Assembly (NCBI GenBank): GCA_050733075.1
Contig: JBOHSD010000009.1
Location: forward strand, 1,189 to 65,188
DNA from: Gemmatimonadales bacterium
GTDB lineage: Bacteria > Gemmatimonadota > Gemmatimonadetes > Gemmatimonadales > GWC2-71-9
Reading direction: 5' to 3'
Length of the DNA: 64,000 nucleotides
The translations under genes and the position numbers were made by a program. This document shows, piece after piece, positions 51,931 to 61,772 of this stretch; within the stretch, counting starts at the first letter, position 1; each line of letters begins with the position of its first letter. Under the pieces are notes generated by a model. The model did not search any database, was not told the origin of the DNA, and saw nothing but the letters and a program-made list of their open reading frames with translations.

Positions 51931-52205
51931 GCCAGCCCCAGCTGTCGGGTGAGACGGTGCCAGTCTGCCAGCGAGATGATCCCCTCATCCTTGAGGGGGG
52001 TAAGCGTGGCCAGGATATCAGCCCGACTTCCATCGATGCGCCGCTCGCGCAGCTCGCCGATCATTCGCGCGAACCGGTGCTCGTACTCGTCGGCGTCCAG
52101 CTTGCCGTCTTTACGTTGAGTGCTGAGCTTCCTGAGCTCCTCCGCCACCCGTGCGGGGGTGATAGGCTTGAGCGCGCCACCCTGCTGGTCAGCCGACATG
52201 TCCAA
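51927..52205 (-). CDS. small hypothetical protein
   Basis: 92-aa charged ORF, coupled by a GTGA overlap to the reductase. GC3-rich. Confidence 0.5.
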   Translation of the reverse strand: MDMSADQQGGALKPITPARVAEELRKLSTQRKDGKLDADEYEHRFARMIGELRERRIDGSRADILATLTPLKDEGIISLADWHRLTRQLGLA

Positions 52206-52288
52206 CCTCCCACGAAGCCATAGGTGATGGGGTACGCCTCTCCCGCCAGTGTAAGGATAGCGCGAAGGGAGAGGATCGTCAGGTGCAG

Positions 52289-52316
52289 GCGGTACGGCGG
52301 TACGGCGGTACCGCCC
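52289..52316. repeat. tandem 8-mer array GGCGGTAC x3 ending in the palindrome GGCGGTACCGCC
   Basis: Lies 2 nt downstream of the DUF1206 gene stop (52318-52320, minus strand). Confidence 0.8.
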
Positions 52317-52317
52317 C

Positions 52318-53145
52318 CTAAAGGGCCCGATAGCGCATGAGCAGGACGAAGTAGAAGCCGTAGAAGATCAGCCCCGCCGAGGCGACGGTCAGAGGCCACC
52401 GGCCCTCGGCCAGATTGCCGAGGAAGGCAAGCGCCTCGTCCCACCCTTCGGCCTCGGAAGGATCGTAGCGAACTGCCACCTGGATCAGAGAATAGCCTAC
52501 CAGCAGCGAGAGAACGCCCAGCGTCACATAGCCGATTCTTCCGGTGACGATGGTCACGATGCGCTCCAGCTTGGACAGATCCGGGTGCAGGATGTGGCGA
52601 AAGCCGGCGGTGATGCCGAGCCGGAGCTGTAACAGGCCGGCAGTCATGACGATCGCCCCCACCAGCCCGACGGACCAGCGGCCCACATGCGGCGTGAGGA
52701 TGGCGGCGGCGAGATCGTCCAGGCTCATGCCGCCGGTGAGCTTCCTCCCGAGCAGCAGGTTCACCGTGGCCTGGGCGAGGAGCGCGTACCCGATACCGGT
52801 CACGAAAAAGGCCACCCGCTCAGCCAGACCCTGGAAGCTGGTACCCTTCCGCTCGGGGTCCATGATAGCCTCCACAAACATCCATAACGCATAAGCGGCC
52901 AGCCCGGCGGCCAGCACGGCGAGAATGATCTGGCCGAACGGCTCGTTCCGGAGCACCTTGATAGCACCCTCCGGCCCGGTGACGTCTCCACCCCGTCCCA
53001 AGGCGTAGCGCAGGGCAAGAGCGCCGATCAGAATGGTGACGATGCCCTTGATGGCAAAGCCAAACCGCGCGAAGCGGTCTATCACCGGCGCCACCCCACC
53101 CGCCCGCCGCTGGAGCTCCGATCCGGTCACGGCGGGTCCCGCCAT
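52318..53145 (-). CDS. DUF1206 domain-containing membrane protein
   Basis: Start at MAGPAVTG (ATG 53145-53143). Repeated pattern FGFAIKGIVTILIGALAL / VAFFVTGIGYALLA / IGYVTLGVLSLLVG. Confidence 0.7.
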   Translation of the reverse strand: MAGPAVTGSELQRRAGGVAPVIDRFARFGFAIKGIVTILIGALALRYALGRGGDVTGPEGAIKVLRNEPFGQIILAVLAAGLAAYALWMFVEAIMDPERKGTSFQGLAERVAFFVTGIGYALLAQATVNLLLGRKLTGGMSLDDLAAAILTPHVGRWSVGLVGAIVMTAGLLQLRLGITAGFRHILHPDLSKLERIVTIVTGRIGYVTLGVLSLLVGYSLIQVAVRYDPSEAEGWDEALAFLGNLAEGRWPLTVASAGLIFYGFYFVLLMRYRAL

Positions 53146-53287
53146 CCTGCCATGGTTCGCTCCTCGAGGACTTGGCGCCGCATCATGAATGGTGCGCGAA
53201 CGGGACGCAAGCGTTACCCTGAATGGATACGTAGGGGAACAGGATCGGACGCCCAACCACCAGCCGTGAGCGCACGAGGAGGAGGAC

Positions 53288-54145
53288 ATGAGTAACACCA
53301 TCGGGCAAGAACAGCGCAGCTATATCAATGTTGGCCAGGAAAACTCCACACCTATCGACCTCTATTACGAGGACCACGGATCGGGCAGCCCGGTGGTCCT
53401 GATTCACGGGTGGCCGCTGAGCGGGCGTGCCTGGGAGAAACAGGTGGCGGCACTGTTGTCTGCTGGGCGCCGGGTCATCACTTACGATCGCCGGGGGTTC
53501 GGGAAGTCCAGCCAGCCGGCTACGGGCTATGAGTACGACACCTTCGCCGAGGACCTGCACAAGCTGGTGACGACGCTCGACCTGCGTGACTTCACGTTGG
53601 TCGGCTTCTCCATGGGCGGCGGGGAGGTGGCCCGATACATCGGCACCTATGGAACCGAACGCGTCAGCAAGGCGGTATTCATGGCCGCGGTGCCCCCGTT
53701 CCTTCTCAAGGCCCCGGATAACCCGAACGGGGTGGACATCAGCGTATTCGACGGAATCAAGAAAGGCATCGTCGCCGACCGCCCCGCCTTCCTGACCCAG
53801 TTCCTCGCGAACTTTTACAATCTCGACGTGTTGGGTGGCAGGCAGATCAGCGACGAGGTGGTGAGGGACAACTGGAACATCGCGACCGGCGCCTCACCCA
53901 TCGGCACCCTTCAGTGTGTTACCGCCTGGTACACCGACTTCCGCAAGGATCTCACCCGCATCGACGTGCCCACGCTGGTCATCCACGGCGACAGCGACCG
54001 GATTGTTCCGATCGAGGTCAGCGGAAGGCCCACTCACCAGGCGATCAAGGGAAGCCGGCTGTTTGTGGTCAAGGGCGGACCCCACGGGCTGAACTGGACC
54101 CACGCGGAGGAGGTCAACCGCGAGCTGGTGAGCTTCCTGGAGTAG
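53288..54145 (+). CDS. alpha/beta hydrolase, non-haem chloroperoxidase/arylesterase-like
   Basis: VVLIHGWPLS, nucleophile elbow GFSMGG, HGDSDRIVP, GGPHG. Confidence 0.85.
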   Translation: MSNTIGQEQRSYINVGQENSTPIDLYYEDHGSGSPVVLIHGWPLSGRAWEKQVAALLSAGRRVITYDRRGFGKSSQPATGYEYDTFAEDLHKLVTTLDLRDFTLVGFSMGGGEVARYIGTYGTERVSKAVFMAAVPPFLLKAPDNPNGVDISVFDGIKKGIVADRPAFLTQFLANFYNLDVLGGRQISDEVVRDNWNIATGASPIGTLQCVTAWYTDFRKDLTRIDVPTLVIHGDSDRIVPIEVSGRPTHQAIKGSRLFVVKGGPHGLNWTHAEEVNRELVSFLE

Positions 54146-54157
54146 GCGGGACGGCAG

Positions 54158-54195
54158 GCGGCGGACCTGGGACTGGTGCTCGCAGCGTCCGCCGC
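54158..54195. terminator. 9-bp GC stem hairpin between convergent genes; the loop is the head of repeat module B
   Basis: GCGGCGGAC (54158-54166) pairs with GTCCGCCGC (54187-54195). The loop CTGGGACTGGTGCTCGCAGC matches the start of 2700-2802. Confidence 0.5.
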
Positions 54196-56038
54196 TAATT
54201 CCCAGGCGACTGCAGAAGGCGGCCCGGCAGCGCACCGCTGGCGCGCCAGGCCGGCAACAGCACGCCGCACAGGACCAGCCCCACAATCAGCAGTGCATAA
54301 GGTAAGAATCGTGAGGGGTCCCACGGAATAGTGCCGGTCACGACCGTGGGCAAGGTGCCCCACACGGCAACGCCAAGCCAGACGCCTCCCACTACTCCCT
54401 TGGCGGCGACCACGATCGCACGCCAGACTACCCATCTCAGGATCTGATGCCGACGCGCGCCCACGCTCCGGCGGATCCCGATCTCCCCAGTGAGCGACTG
54501 CACCCACAGCCGCATGAATCCCACGATCCCGAGCGAGGCCAGTCCGACCAGAGCCCACCCTTGCAGTTCGAAGCGTCGGCCGAACCACCGGATTGGGGCT
54601 ATTCGATCCTCGAGTAGCGCCCGTTCGGTGTTTACGATATAGCGGCTGGAGCCGCCCAACGCCGCCTCGATGACCTTGGCAAGGGCTCCGCGGTTGGCCC
54701 GGTCCCGAATCAACAGGTCCACCGTTCGGGGTGGGTGCTGCAGAACGCTGACGTAGACCGCGTAGCGAGGCTGAAGGGTGCCGCCAAGGCCCGTCGGGAG
54801 TTGATTATCCACGACGCCAACCACCGTGGAGCCCTCGGGACCATCGTCTCCCGTGTGAATCCGCCGGCCGATCGGCTCCCCGTTCTGAAACTCGCGCGCG
54901 GCCAAACTCCGGCTCACGACGGCGACCCGCGCGGTGCATCCCAGTCGTCGGCTGACGTGATTCCTCGGCCGGCAAGCACCGGCAGACCCGTTAAACGAAA
55001 TGTGTCGGCGCTGACGATCTTGTGGGTTGCCGGTTTGAGCCGAAAGGGAATCTGCAGTCCTCCCTCGCTACAACGGCCACAATCGGTCAGCACCATTGCG
55101 ACGTGGCCCAGACCGCTGAGCGTGCCCGGGCTCGACAGGCTGGCCGAGTGAATGCCGGCCGACGGGAGGCCTTCGAGCAGGCGCTGGAACCGGGCCGAGC
55201 GCTCCTGCGGTGTGGCTGAATCAACCGAGATCGCCGCGACCGTGCCGTCGCTCGCTTCGGGTAAGCTCGGGATCCAGAGCTCCTTCGCTCTACTGGTGAG
55301 GAGCGAGCCGGTGCACAGCACGGTGAAACAAACCGCGATCTGGAATACGACCGGGATCGTCGGAAGGGCGCGTTGCATCTCGGCCTCGCCGATGTGGCGG
55401 GGACGGGCGACCGCCGGGATCACCAGCACGCCGGCAAATACAACCAACAGCAGTATCACCGCGATACTCGTCGCGGTACCGGATCCGGGGACGACATTAC
55501 CAGGCCAGCTCGCCGCCACGAATTGCGACACGTAGAGGCCTATCACACTCCCCACACCCGCTGGAATCGCCGCGATCATGACGACCTCGGCCAGAGCCGC
55601 CGTCATCGAGGTGCGCCGGCTCGCGCCTACCGCGCGTCGAATCACGCGTTCGGCTCGCCGTTCACTTGCCCGAGCAGCCCCCAGCATGAGGACCGTCACC
55701 ATTGCGACGAGGACCGTACCCCACATCGTGTAAAGGAGCAGTGCGCCCAGCGTGAACACCGCCTCCTGCTGCGCGGCGGACGGGCTCGCCACGCCTCTCA
55801 GCCACGGAAGGCCCAGATCACCGCCGGGGATGGGATGGAGGCTCTGCCTGAATCCCAGCCAATCGTCCGGCCGGCCGAACGCATTTGCGAGTGGAACTAT
55901 GGAACAGGTGGCCCCGAGCAACGCCAGGCCCAGCAGAAGTGCCGTCGCGTGATACATCCGGAGTCCCTGGACGGCAGACGTGAGCCCGATACGAAACATC
56001 GACGGAGATCGAGCGCGCCGTCGCTCCAGGGGCCACAT
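54195..56038 (-). pseudogene. ADOP-like duplicated FtsX permease, split into two ORFs by a 1-nt frameshift
   Basis: ORF 1 is 56038-54914 (GGAGG Shine-Dalgarno, two FtsX-type TM bundles begin). ORF 2 is 54917-54195 (LTGEIGIRRSVGARRHQI). The conserved junction ..DAPR|VAVVSRSLAAREF.. is broken at CGCGGGTCGCC. The ORFs overlap as GTGA. Confidence 0.65.
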
Positions 56039-56140
56039 AGGAATCTCCTCCGGTCGGGCAGAACCCGCTTCCTGATGAATTCCATCAGAGAGGAAGCATA
56101 GTAGGGACCGGTACCCTTGAAATCCAGGCGGACGCACCAA

Positions 56141-56168
56141 CGCCCGCCGACCTTTCGGCCTGCGGGCG
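56141..56168 (-). terminator. GC-rich hairpin downstream of nrdJ
   Basis: CGCCCGC (56141-56147) pairs with GCGGGCG (56162-56168), about 45 nt after the nrdJ stop. No U tract. Confidence 0.45.
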
Positions 56169-56212
56169 CTGTCGTGTGCCTTCTGTGTTCAGCTATCTAC
56201 GGATGACCACGA

Positions 56213-58771
56213 TCACCCGCACTCACTGAAGCCGCACACGTGGCACTTCATGCAGCCCTCGGCGAACTCGAGCTGCGAGCCGCAGTCGGGACACGCTCCC
56301 GAGAGAGTCTCCTGCATGCCACCGAACATCATCTGCTCGCCGCGGCTGCCGATGACCGGCTGGCTGACCACCGGAGCGACCTCATCCTGCACGCCGGCGG
56401 CGCGTTGCGGCCCCACTTGCGGGCTGCCGCCGGGGAGGAGCTCCTGCTGGATTCCCTGCTTCTCCTGCATCCAGCGCTCGATGGCGATGCCGACAGCGTC
56501 GGGGACCGAGAGAATCTTGTTGGGGCCGAGGCCGATTACCCGGTCGGAGCTGATCCCCCGTAGCTGCCGATAGATCTCTTTGATGGGAATACCGGAACGC
56601 AGCGCCAGGCTGATCAGCCGGCCCAGCGACTCGACATCTGCCATCAGCGCGCCGCCGGCCTTTCCCAAGGTCATGAAGACCTCGAAAGGCTGGCCTCTAT
56701 CGTCCTCGGTGATGGTGACGTAGAGGGTGCCGAGCGGCGTCTCTACCCGGCGGGTAGTACCGCGCAGGACCTCGGGCCGGGAGCGCTTCTGGCGGCGCTG
56801 CAGGTTCTCCGACTCCAGCTCGTGCACGATGCGCCGCAGCCGCTCGTTCTCCGCGCTCAGTTCGGCGATCTCTCCCCGCAGGTCGGAGAGGGCGGAGAGG
56901 CCGGAGAGATCGGACCCCCGCCGGGATGGTTTCTTTCCGTCTTCTCCGTCCTCTTCGCCCACTTGTTCGCGGATCTTCTTCGCGGTAGATCCGGCCGAGA
57001 GCACCTGCATTTCCCGGCTGCCGTCACGATATACCGTGACGCCCTTGCAGTTCAGCCGGTAGGCGAGGCGGTAGATCTCCTCGACGTACTCCTCGGTAGC
57101 CTCGTGCGCGAAGTTACAGGTCTTGGAGATGGCGCTGTCATTGAACTCCTGGAACGCCGCCTGCATCCGGATGTGCCACTCGGGCTTGATGGCATTGGCG
57201 GTCACGAAGACCCGCTGCCATTTGGCCGGCACTTCCGGGAAGTCGATGTGGCCGCTCTCGGCGATCTTGCGCATCAGTTCCTCGGAGTACCAGCCTTCGG
57301 CCTGGGCGACGGCCACGAAGTCCTCATTCACGTCGGGCATCAGCGCGCCGGCCTGGTTCCGCATGAAGGCGACCGCGAACAACGGCTCGATGCCGGAGCT
57401 GCACCCGGCGATAATCGAGATGGTGCCGGTGGGCGCCACGGTGGTCACGTTGCAGTTGCGCAGCCGCCGCAAGGGGCGGATGCGCTCGCCGGTGGCGCCC
57501 CGAGCCGCGGTCTCATCGGGGCCCCAGATACTGCGTTCCCACTCGGGGAACACTCCGCGCTCCCCCGCGAGACGCTCGGACTCGACCTTGGCCTCCTCAT
57601 CTACGAACTGCTGGATCCGGCGGCCCAGCGCCACCCCCTCCTCCGAGTCGTAGGGCACGCCCAGCTTCACGAAGACGTCGGCCAGTCCCATGACCCCGAG
57701 GCCGATCCGGCGGATCCGCTGAGCGAGGTCGGTGATCTCCGGCAGCGGATACTGGTTGGCGTCAATGACATTCTCGAGGAAGTGAGTCGAGAGGTGTACC
57801 ACCTGGCGGAGACGATCCCAATCGATGCCCACCTCCTTCCCGTCCTGCTTTACGAACGCGCCGAGATTGATCGAGCCCAGGTTGCAGACATCGTACGGCA
57901 GCAGCGGCTGCTCGCCGCAGGGATTGGTGGCCTCGTACTCGCCCAGGTGTGGAACCGGATTGTAATGATTGGCCTTGTCCACGAAGAAGACCCCGGGTTC
58001 ACCGGTCTTCCAGGCTCCATGGAGGATCCGCTCCCAGACGTCGCGGGCGCGAAGCTGCCCGGTGACCTGCCGGGTCTTCGGGTGGATCAGATCGTACAGG
58101 CCGTCGGCCTCCACCGCGGCCATGAACGCGTCGGTGACCGCGACGGAAATGTTGAAGTTGGTGACCTTGCTGGTGTCGTCCTTGCAGGTGATGAACTCCA
58201 TGATGTCCGGATGGTCCACCCGGAGGATGCCCATGTTCGCGCCCCGCCGGGTTCCTCCCTGCTTGACGACATCGGTAGACGCATCGAACAGGGTCATGAA
58301 CGAGACCGGACCCGACGCCACGCCCATGGTGGAGCGCACGATGTCATTCTTGGGACGAAGGCGGGAGAAGCTGAACCCGGTGCCGCCACCGGATTGGTGC
58401 ACTAGTGCCATGGCCCGGAGGGTGTCGTAGATGCCGCTCCTGCCGTTGGAGAGCGCGTCGTCCACCGGGAGCACGAAGCAGGCGGAAAGCTGCCCCAGCG
58501 GGCGCCCGGCGTTCATCAGTGTCGGCGAGTTGGGGACGAAGAGCCGGTTGGCCATGAGAGCGTAGAAATCGCCGGTCACCTTCTCCACTGTGGCGTCGGA
58601 CCCGCCGTAGCGCCGCTCCGCGTCCGCGATGGTGCGAGCCACCCGCAAAAACAGGTCCCGCGGGCTCTCGACCGGCACGCCGGACTCATCCTTGACCAGG
58701 TACCGCTTCTCGAGGACCGTGATGGCGTTGGGCGAAAGCCGAACCGCGTCCCGTGGGGTGGACGATTTCAT
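56213..58771 (-). CDS. nrdJ: adenosylcobalamin-dependent (class II) ribonucleotide reductase
   Basis: Start at [10 protein letters not shown] (ATG 58771-58769). [18 protein letters not shown] active site, [10 protein letters not shown]-terminal zinc ribbon [25 protein letters not shown]. Confidence 0.9.
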   Translation of the reverse strand: MKSSTPRDAVRLSPNAITVLEKRYLVKDESGVPVESPRDLFLRVARTIADAERRYGGSDATVEKVTGDFYALMANRLFVPNSPTLMNAGRPLGQLSACFVLPVDDALSNGRSGIYDTLRAMALVHQSGGGTGFSFSRLRPKNDIVRSTMGVASGPVSFMTLFDASTDVVKQGGTRRGANMGILRVDHPDIMEFITCKDDTSKVTNFNISVAVTDAFMAAVEADGLYDLIHPKTRQVTGQLRARDVWERILHGAWKTGEPGVFFVDKANHYNPVPHLGEYEATNPCGEQPLLPYDVCNLGSINLGAFVKQDGKEVGIDWDRLRQVVHLSTHFLENVIDANQYPLPEITDLAQRIRRIGLGVMGLADVFVKLGVPYDSEEGVALGRRIQQFVDEEAKVESERLAGERGVFPEWERSIWGPDETAARGATGERIRPLRRLRNCNVTTVAPTGTISIIAGCSSGIEPLFAVAFMRNQAGALMPDVNEDFVAVAQAEGWYSEELMRKIAESGHIDFPEVPAKWQRVFVTANAIKPEWHIRMQAAFQEFNDSAISKTCNFAHEATEEYVEEIYRLAYRLNCKGVTVYRDGSREMQVLSAGSTAKKIREQVGEEDGEDGKKPSRRGSDLSGLSALSDLRGEIAELSAENERLRRIVHELESENLQRRQKRSRPEVLRGTTRRVETPLGTLYVTITEDDRGQPFEVFMTLGKAGGALMADVESLGRLISLALRSGIPIKEIYRQLRGISSDRVIGLGPNKILSVPDAVGIAIERWMQEKQGIQQELLPGGSPQVGPQRAAGVQDEVAPVVSQPVIGSRGEQMMFGGMQETLSGACPDCGSQLEFAEGCMKCHVCGFSECG

Positions 58772-59015
58772 AGAACTCCCCGCTTGAAAAGTATTGATCT
58801 CAGAGGGTAGAACGTGTGCTCGATACCAGCGACCGACCCTGCACTGTCTCTTCCGACCATCGCGAGGTCCAAGCGAAACGGAAGGCCAAAGTAGGCCAAC
58901 CGCGAAACCGGCACAATACCATGAAAAAAGCCCGGATCTACGAGCGATACCGCTGCCCACATCACAAATATAGCCGGTGTGAGTATGTGGAATAAGTGGA
59001 TTCGTGTGGAAGGAT

Positions 59016-59102
59016 GGGGGCGGTAAGGAGGTAGGTCCCTCGTTCGCTTACGCTCTCTCGGGATGAGGTATCTCTCCGTTACCGCCTTACCGCCTTACCG
59101 CC
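59016..59102. repeat. hairpin with 8-mer repeat arm (TTACCGCC x3)
   Basis: GGGGGCGGTAAGGAGGTAGG (59016-59035) is complementary in type to CCGTTACCGCCTTACCGCCTTACCGCC (59076-59102). The right arm overlaps the last codons and the TAA of the gamma-CA gene. Confidence 0.75.
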
Positions 59103-59593
59103 AATGGATAACGCCCCGCCCGATGGGCCCGCGCCTGTTCCACGTAATGGCTCCAGGTAGCCGCCACCCGGCGTGCCAGAGCGGGATCGACCGGCCGGAC
59201 GATGCGCCCCGGCACACCCATGACCAGCGAGCCGGGTGGTACCTCCATCCCCTCCGGTATCACCGCCCCGGCTGCGACGACGCTGCCAACCCCGATCCGG
59301 ACGCCGTTCAGCAACACGCTGCCCATGGCGATCAGGCACTCGTCTTCGACCGTGCACCCGTGGAGAATGACCCGGTGTCCCACGCCGACCCGGTGCCCTA
59401 CCGAGCAGGGCACGCCTTCGTCCACGTGGACGACCGTGCCATCCTGGATGTTCGATTGCGCGCCGATGGTGATCGGCGCCATATCGGCCCGGAGGACGGC
59501 ACCGTACCAGACGCTCGAATCCTCGCCCAGGGTTACGTCGCCCATCACGGCAGCGGTGGCCGCGATGAAGGCGGTTGGGTGGATCTTTGTCAT
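59087..59593 (-). CDS. gamma-class carbonic anhydrase family protein (left-handed beta-helix)
   Basis: Hexapeptide repeats. VWYGAVLRAD, IGAQSNIQDGTVVH, GHRVILHGC. Confidence 0.85.
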   Translation of the reverse strand: MTKIHPTAFIAATAAVMGDVTLGEDSSVWYGAVLRADMAPITIGAQSNIQDGTVVHVDEGVPCSVGHRVGVGHRVILHGCTVEDECLIAMGSVLLNGVRIGVGSVVAAGAVIPEGMEVPPGSLVMGVPGRIVRPVDPALARRVAATWSHYVEQARAHRAGRYPLAVRR

Positions 59594-59652
59594 CGAATCG
59601 AGCGACGGGTCTGACCGCGACTATCGGGATGCGACTGGCGCATGCAATGCGC

Positions 59653-61698
59653 TTATGGTTCCTGGGCGGGCGGGAAGAGCATCTGGGTCCACGCTTCGAC
59701 CGGCGCGCCGTCCTTGAGGGCCGGGTGCCAGGTAACGGTCCACACGAAGTTCCGGACCTCGCGCTCGTAGGCGGGATCGTTGGAAGGCCTCAGTCGCCTG
59801 ATGTCCACGGTACGTCCTTCGGCCGACACCTTGACCCAGAGCAGAGATGGCCTCGGCTTGGCTTGCGCGTCGGCAGGCACGGACACGAACGGCGGGTTGA
59901 CCGGTTTGGGCCGCTCGTCGAAGCAGGACCCGTTGGCGTTATACCTCGGGCCAGGAGCGCAGGCTGCCGTTACCGGAGGCGGCCCCGCTTCGACCTGGGT
60001 GGGCTCGCCGATCTGAGTGAGGTGGGGAGTGAGCTCCTGGATCTCTCCCGGCCGCACGACGATGGTGTCCGAGTAGAAGTTGAACCGCGGTGCCGAGATG
60101 GCGAGCGCGTGCGGCCCCGGAACCAGCTTGGTCAGAGCCTGAGTGACTGGCTTCTCGTCGATCAGGACCGTGGACCCCCGCGGCAGTCCTACCAGCCGTA
60201 TCCCCCCGCTATCTACCGGACCGGTTACGTCAGAGCCGGTGGATTGGGTCGGCACCGCCACCGGGGGCAGCGCCGAATCCGCCAGGCTGCTCGCCACAGA
60301 GTCGGACGCGGCTGGTGCGCTGGTAACGCCAGCCGCCAGGGTGGTGTCGGCGAGAAGCGGCGGTGGGACGGAAGGAGCGGTGAGGGGGGCAAGCGTGTCT
60401 CGCGGCACAAGGGAGTCCTTCAACTCTTCCCCGGCGGCCGCTCCTGGCGCAAACCCTCGCGCCTGGTAGTAGTAGAGGCCGCCGCCGGCCCCGCCCAGGA
60501 CGGCAAGGAGCACCCATAGCCATGCCCATGACGTGGTACTGGTTCGCATGGCCACCGAACGGTCGGCGACGCGGCGCGGTATCTCGCGCCTCTCGCGCGG
60601 GGTCAGGCGCCGGTTGACCAGTGGAGAATCGAGTGGTGTAGTCGGCTGGCTCACGATGGGAGGCAGCCCGCCACCGCTCCCGGCACCCAATGCCGCCCCG
60701 GCGACCGAGGCGGCGCTACCCGCGAAGGTCGCTACCGACGTGCGCACTGCCCCCTGCGCGGCGATGGGCTGGCCCCGAAACGAGGCAACCAGCTCCTCAC
60801 AGCTCTGGTACCGGTCGAACGGGTCCTTCATGAGCATCCGCTTTATCACCTCGAAGAGCCGCCGCTCGTCGGCCGTCACCAGATTGGGGGTGGGAATCGG
60901 CTCGGTTATGTGCTTGTACCCGATCGAAAAGCTGTCCTCTCCATCGTAGGGCACCGTCCCGGTCAGACATTGGTACGCTACCACGCCGAGGCTGTAGATA
61001 TCGCTACGACCGTCGATCGGCTGGGCCCGCGCCTGCTCTGGGCTCATGTAGTGTGGGGTCCCGATGGACATCCCGGTGCCGGTGAGCTTCTGTCCCGAGG
61101 CCGCCTTGGCGATCCCGAAGTCGGTCAGCACGCTCTGTCCGAACTCGTCGAACATGAAGTTGTCGGGCTTGATATCCCGGTGCACGATCCCCCGCTGTGC
61201 CGCGTATCCCAGGGCGCTCCCGGCCTCCAGCAACAGCCGCCGGATCTCCGGTGGGGTCAGTTTCTTGCGCGTCCCGAGCACGGTGGAGAGCGAGCCGCCG
61301 CGCAGGAACTTCATGACGAAGTAGATCACCCGGCCGGAACGGCCGACCCGATAGATCGAGATGATGTTGGGATGCTCCAGCTGTGCCGCCGTGCGGGCTT
61401 CCCGTTGGAACCGCTCCACGAATTCGGTGTCGAAGGCCAGGGAGAACGGGAGCACCTTGACCGCTACCTCCCGTTCCAGCTGCCGATCCTTGGCCCGGTA
61501 CACCATTGCCATACCGCCCCGGCCCAGCTCCTCGATAATCTCGTACTCGGCCGCGAGGGCCTCGCGCACCAGGTCCAGCTCCTGCAGCGCCCCGGTCGCG
61601 ATGGCGTGGACCGGTGTGGTCGCCATCAGGTCGAGACCGCAGGAGGGGCAGAACTTCGATTTTCCGGTGATTTCGCTTCCACAACGGGAGCAGAACAT
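59653..61698 (-). CDS. Ser/Thr protein kinase with N-terminal zinc ribbon, TM helix, PEGA-like and TonB-C-like C-terminal domains
   Basis: MFCSRCGSEITGKSKFCPSCG. GRGGMAMVY, VAVK, HRDIKPDNFMF, DFGIAK, GTPHYMSPEQ. TM helix WAWLWVLLAVLGGAGGGLYYY. The C-terminus is my domain guess. Confidence 0.85.
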   Translation of the reverse strand: MFCSRCGSEITGKSKFCPSCGLDLMATTPVHAIATGALQELDLVREALAAEYEIIEELGRGGMAMVYRAKDRQLEREVAVKVLPFSLAFDTEFVERFQREARTAAQLEHPNIISIYRVGRSGRVIYFVMKFLRGGSLSTVLGTRKKLTPPEIRRLLLEAGSALGYAAQRGIVHRDIKPDNFMFDEFGQSVLTDFGIAKAASGQKLTGTGMSIGTPHYMSPEQARAQPIDGRSDIYSLGVVAYQCLTGTVPYDGEDSFSIGYKHITEPIPTPNLVTADERRLFEVIKRMLMKDPFDRYQSCEELVASFRGQPIAAQGAVRTSVATFAGSAASVAGAALGAGSGGGLPPIVSQPTTPLDSPLVNRRLTPRERREIPRRVADRSVAMRTSTTSWAWLWVLLAVLGGAGGGLYYYQARGFAPGAAAGEELKDSLVPRDTLAPLTAPSVPPPLLADTTLAAGVTSAPAASDSVASSLADSALPPVAVPTQSTGSDVTGPVDSGGIRLVGLPRGSTVLIDEKPVTQALTKLVPGPHALAISAPRFNFYSDTIVVRPGEIQELTPHLTQIGEPTQVEAGPPPVTAACAPGPRYNANGSCFDERPKPVNPPFVSVPADAQAKPRPSLLWVKVSAEGRTVDIRRLRPSNDPAYEREVRNFVWTVTWHPALKDGAPVEAWTQMLFPPAQEP

Positions 61699-61772
61699 GA
61701 GGGGCAAGCTACGTAAGCGCCCGGGGGAGTCAAGCCGAATACATGGCGTATCGCGAGAGGGGTTGCGATAAG

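Noticed and set aside
58772-59086. NrdR box pair or cobalamin riboswitch upstream of nrdJ.
   Set aside because: The best candidate (CACACCGGCTATATTTGTG) has the wrong spacing and poor dyad symmetry. No B12-box-like sequence was seen.
59016-59614. Near-perfect SD (TAAGGAGGT at 59024-59032) followed by plus-strand ORF 59063-59614.
   Set aside because: The SD-like sequence is part of the repeat arm and lies 31 nt from the ATG. The ORF is antisense to the well-supported gamma-CA gene.
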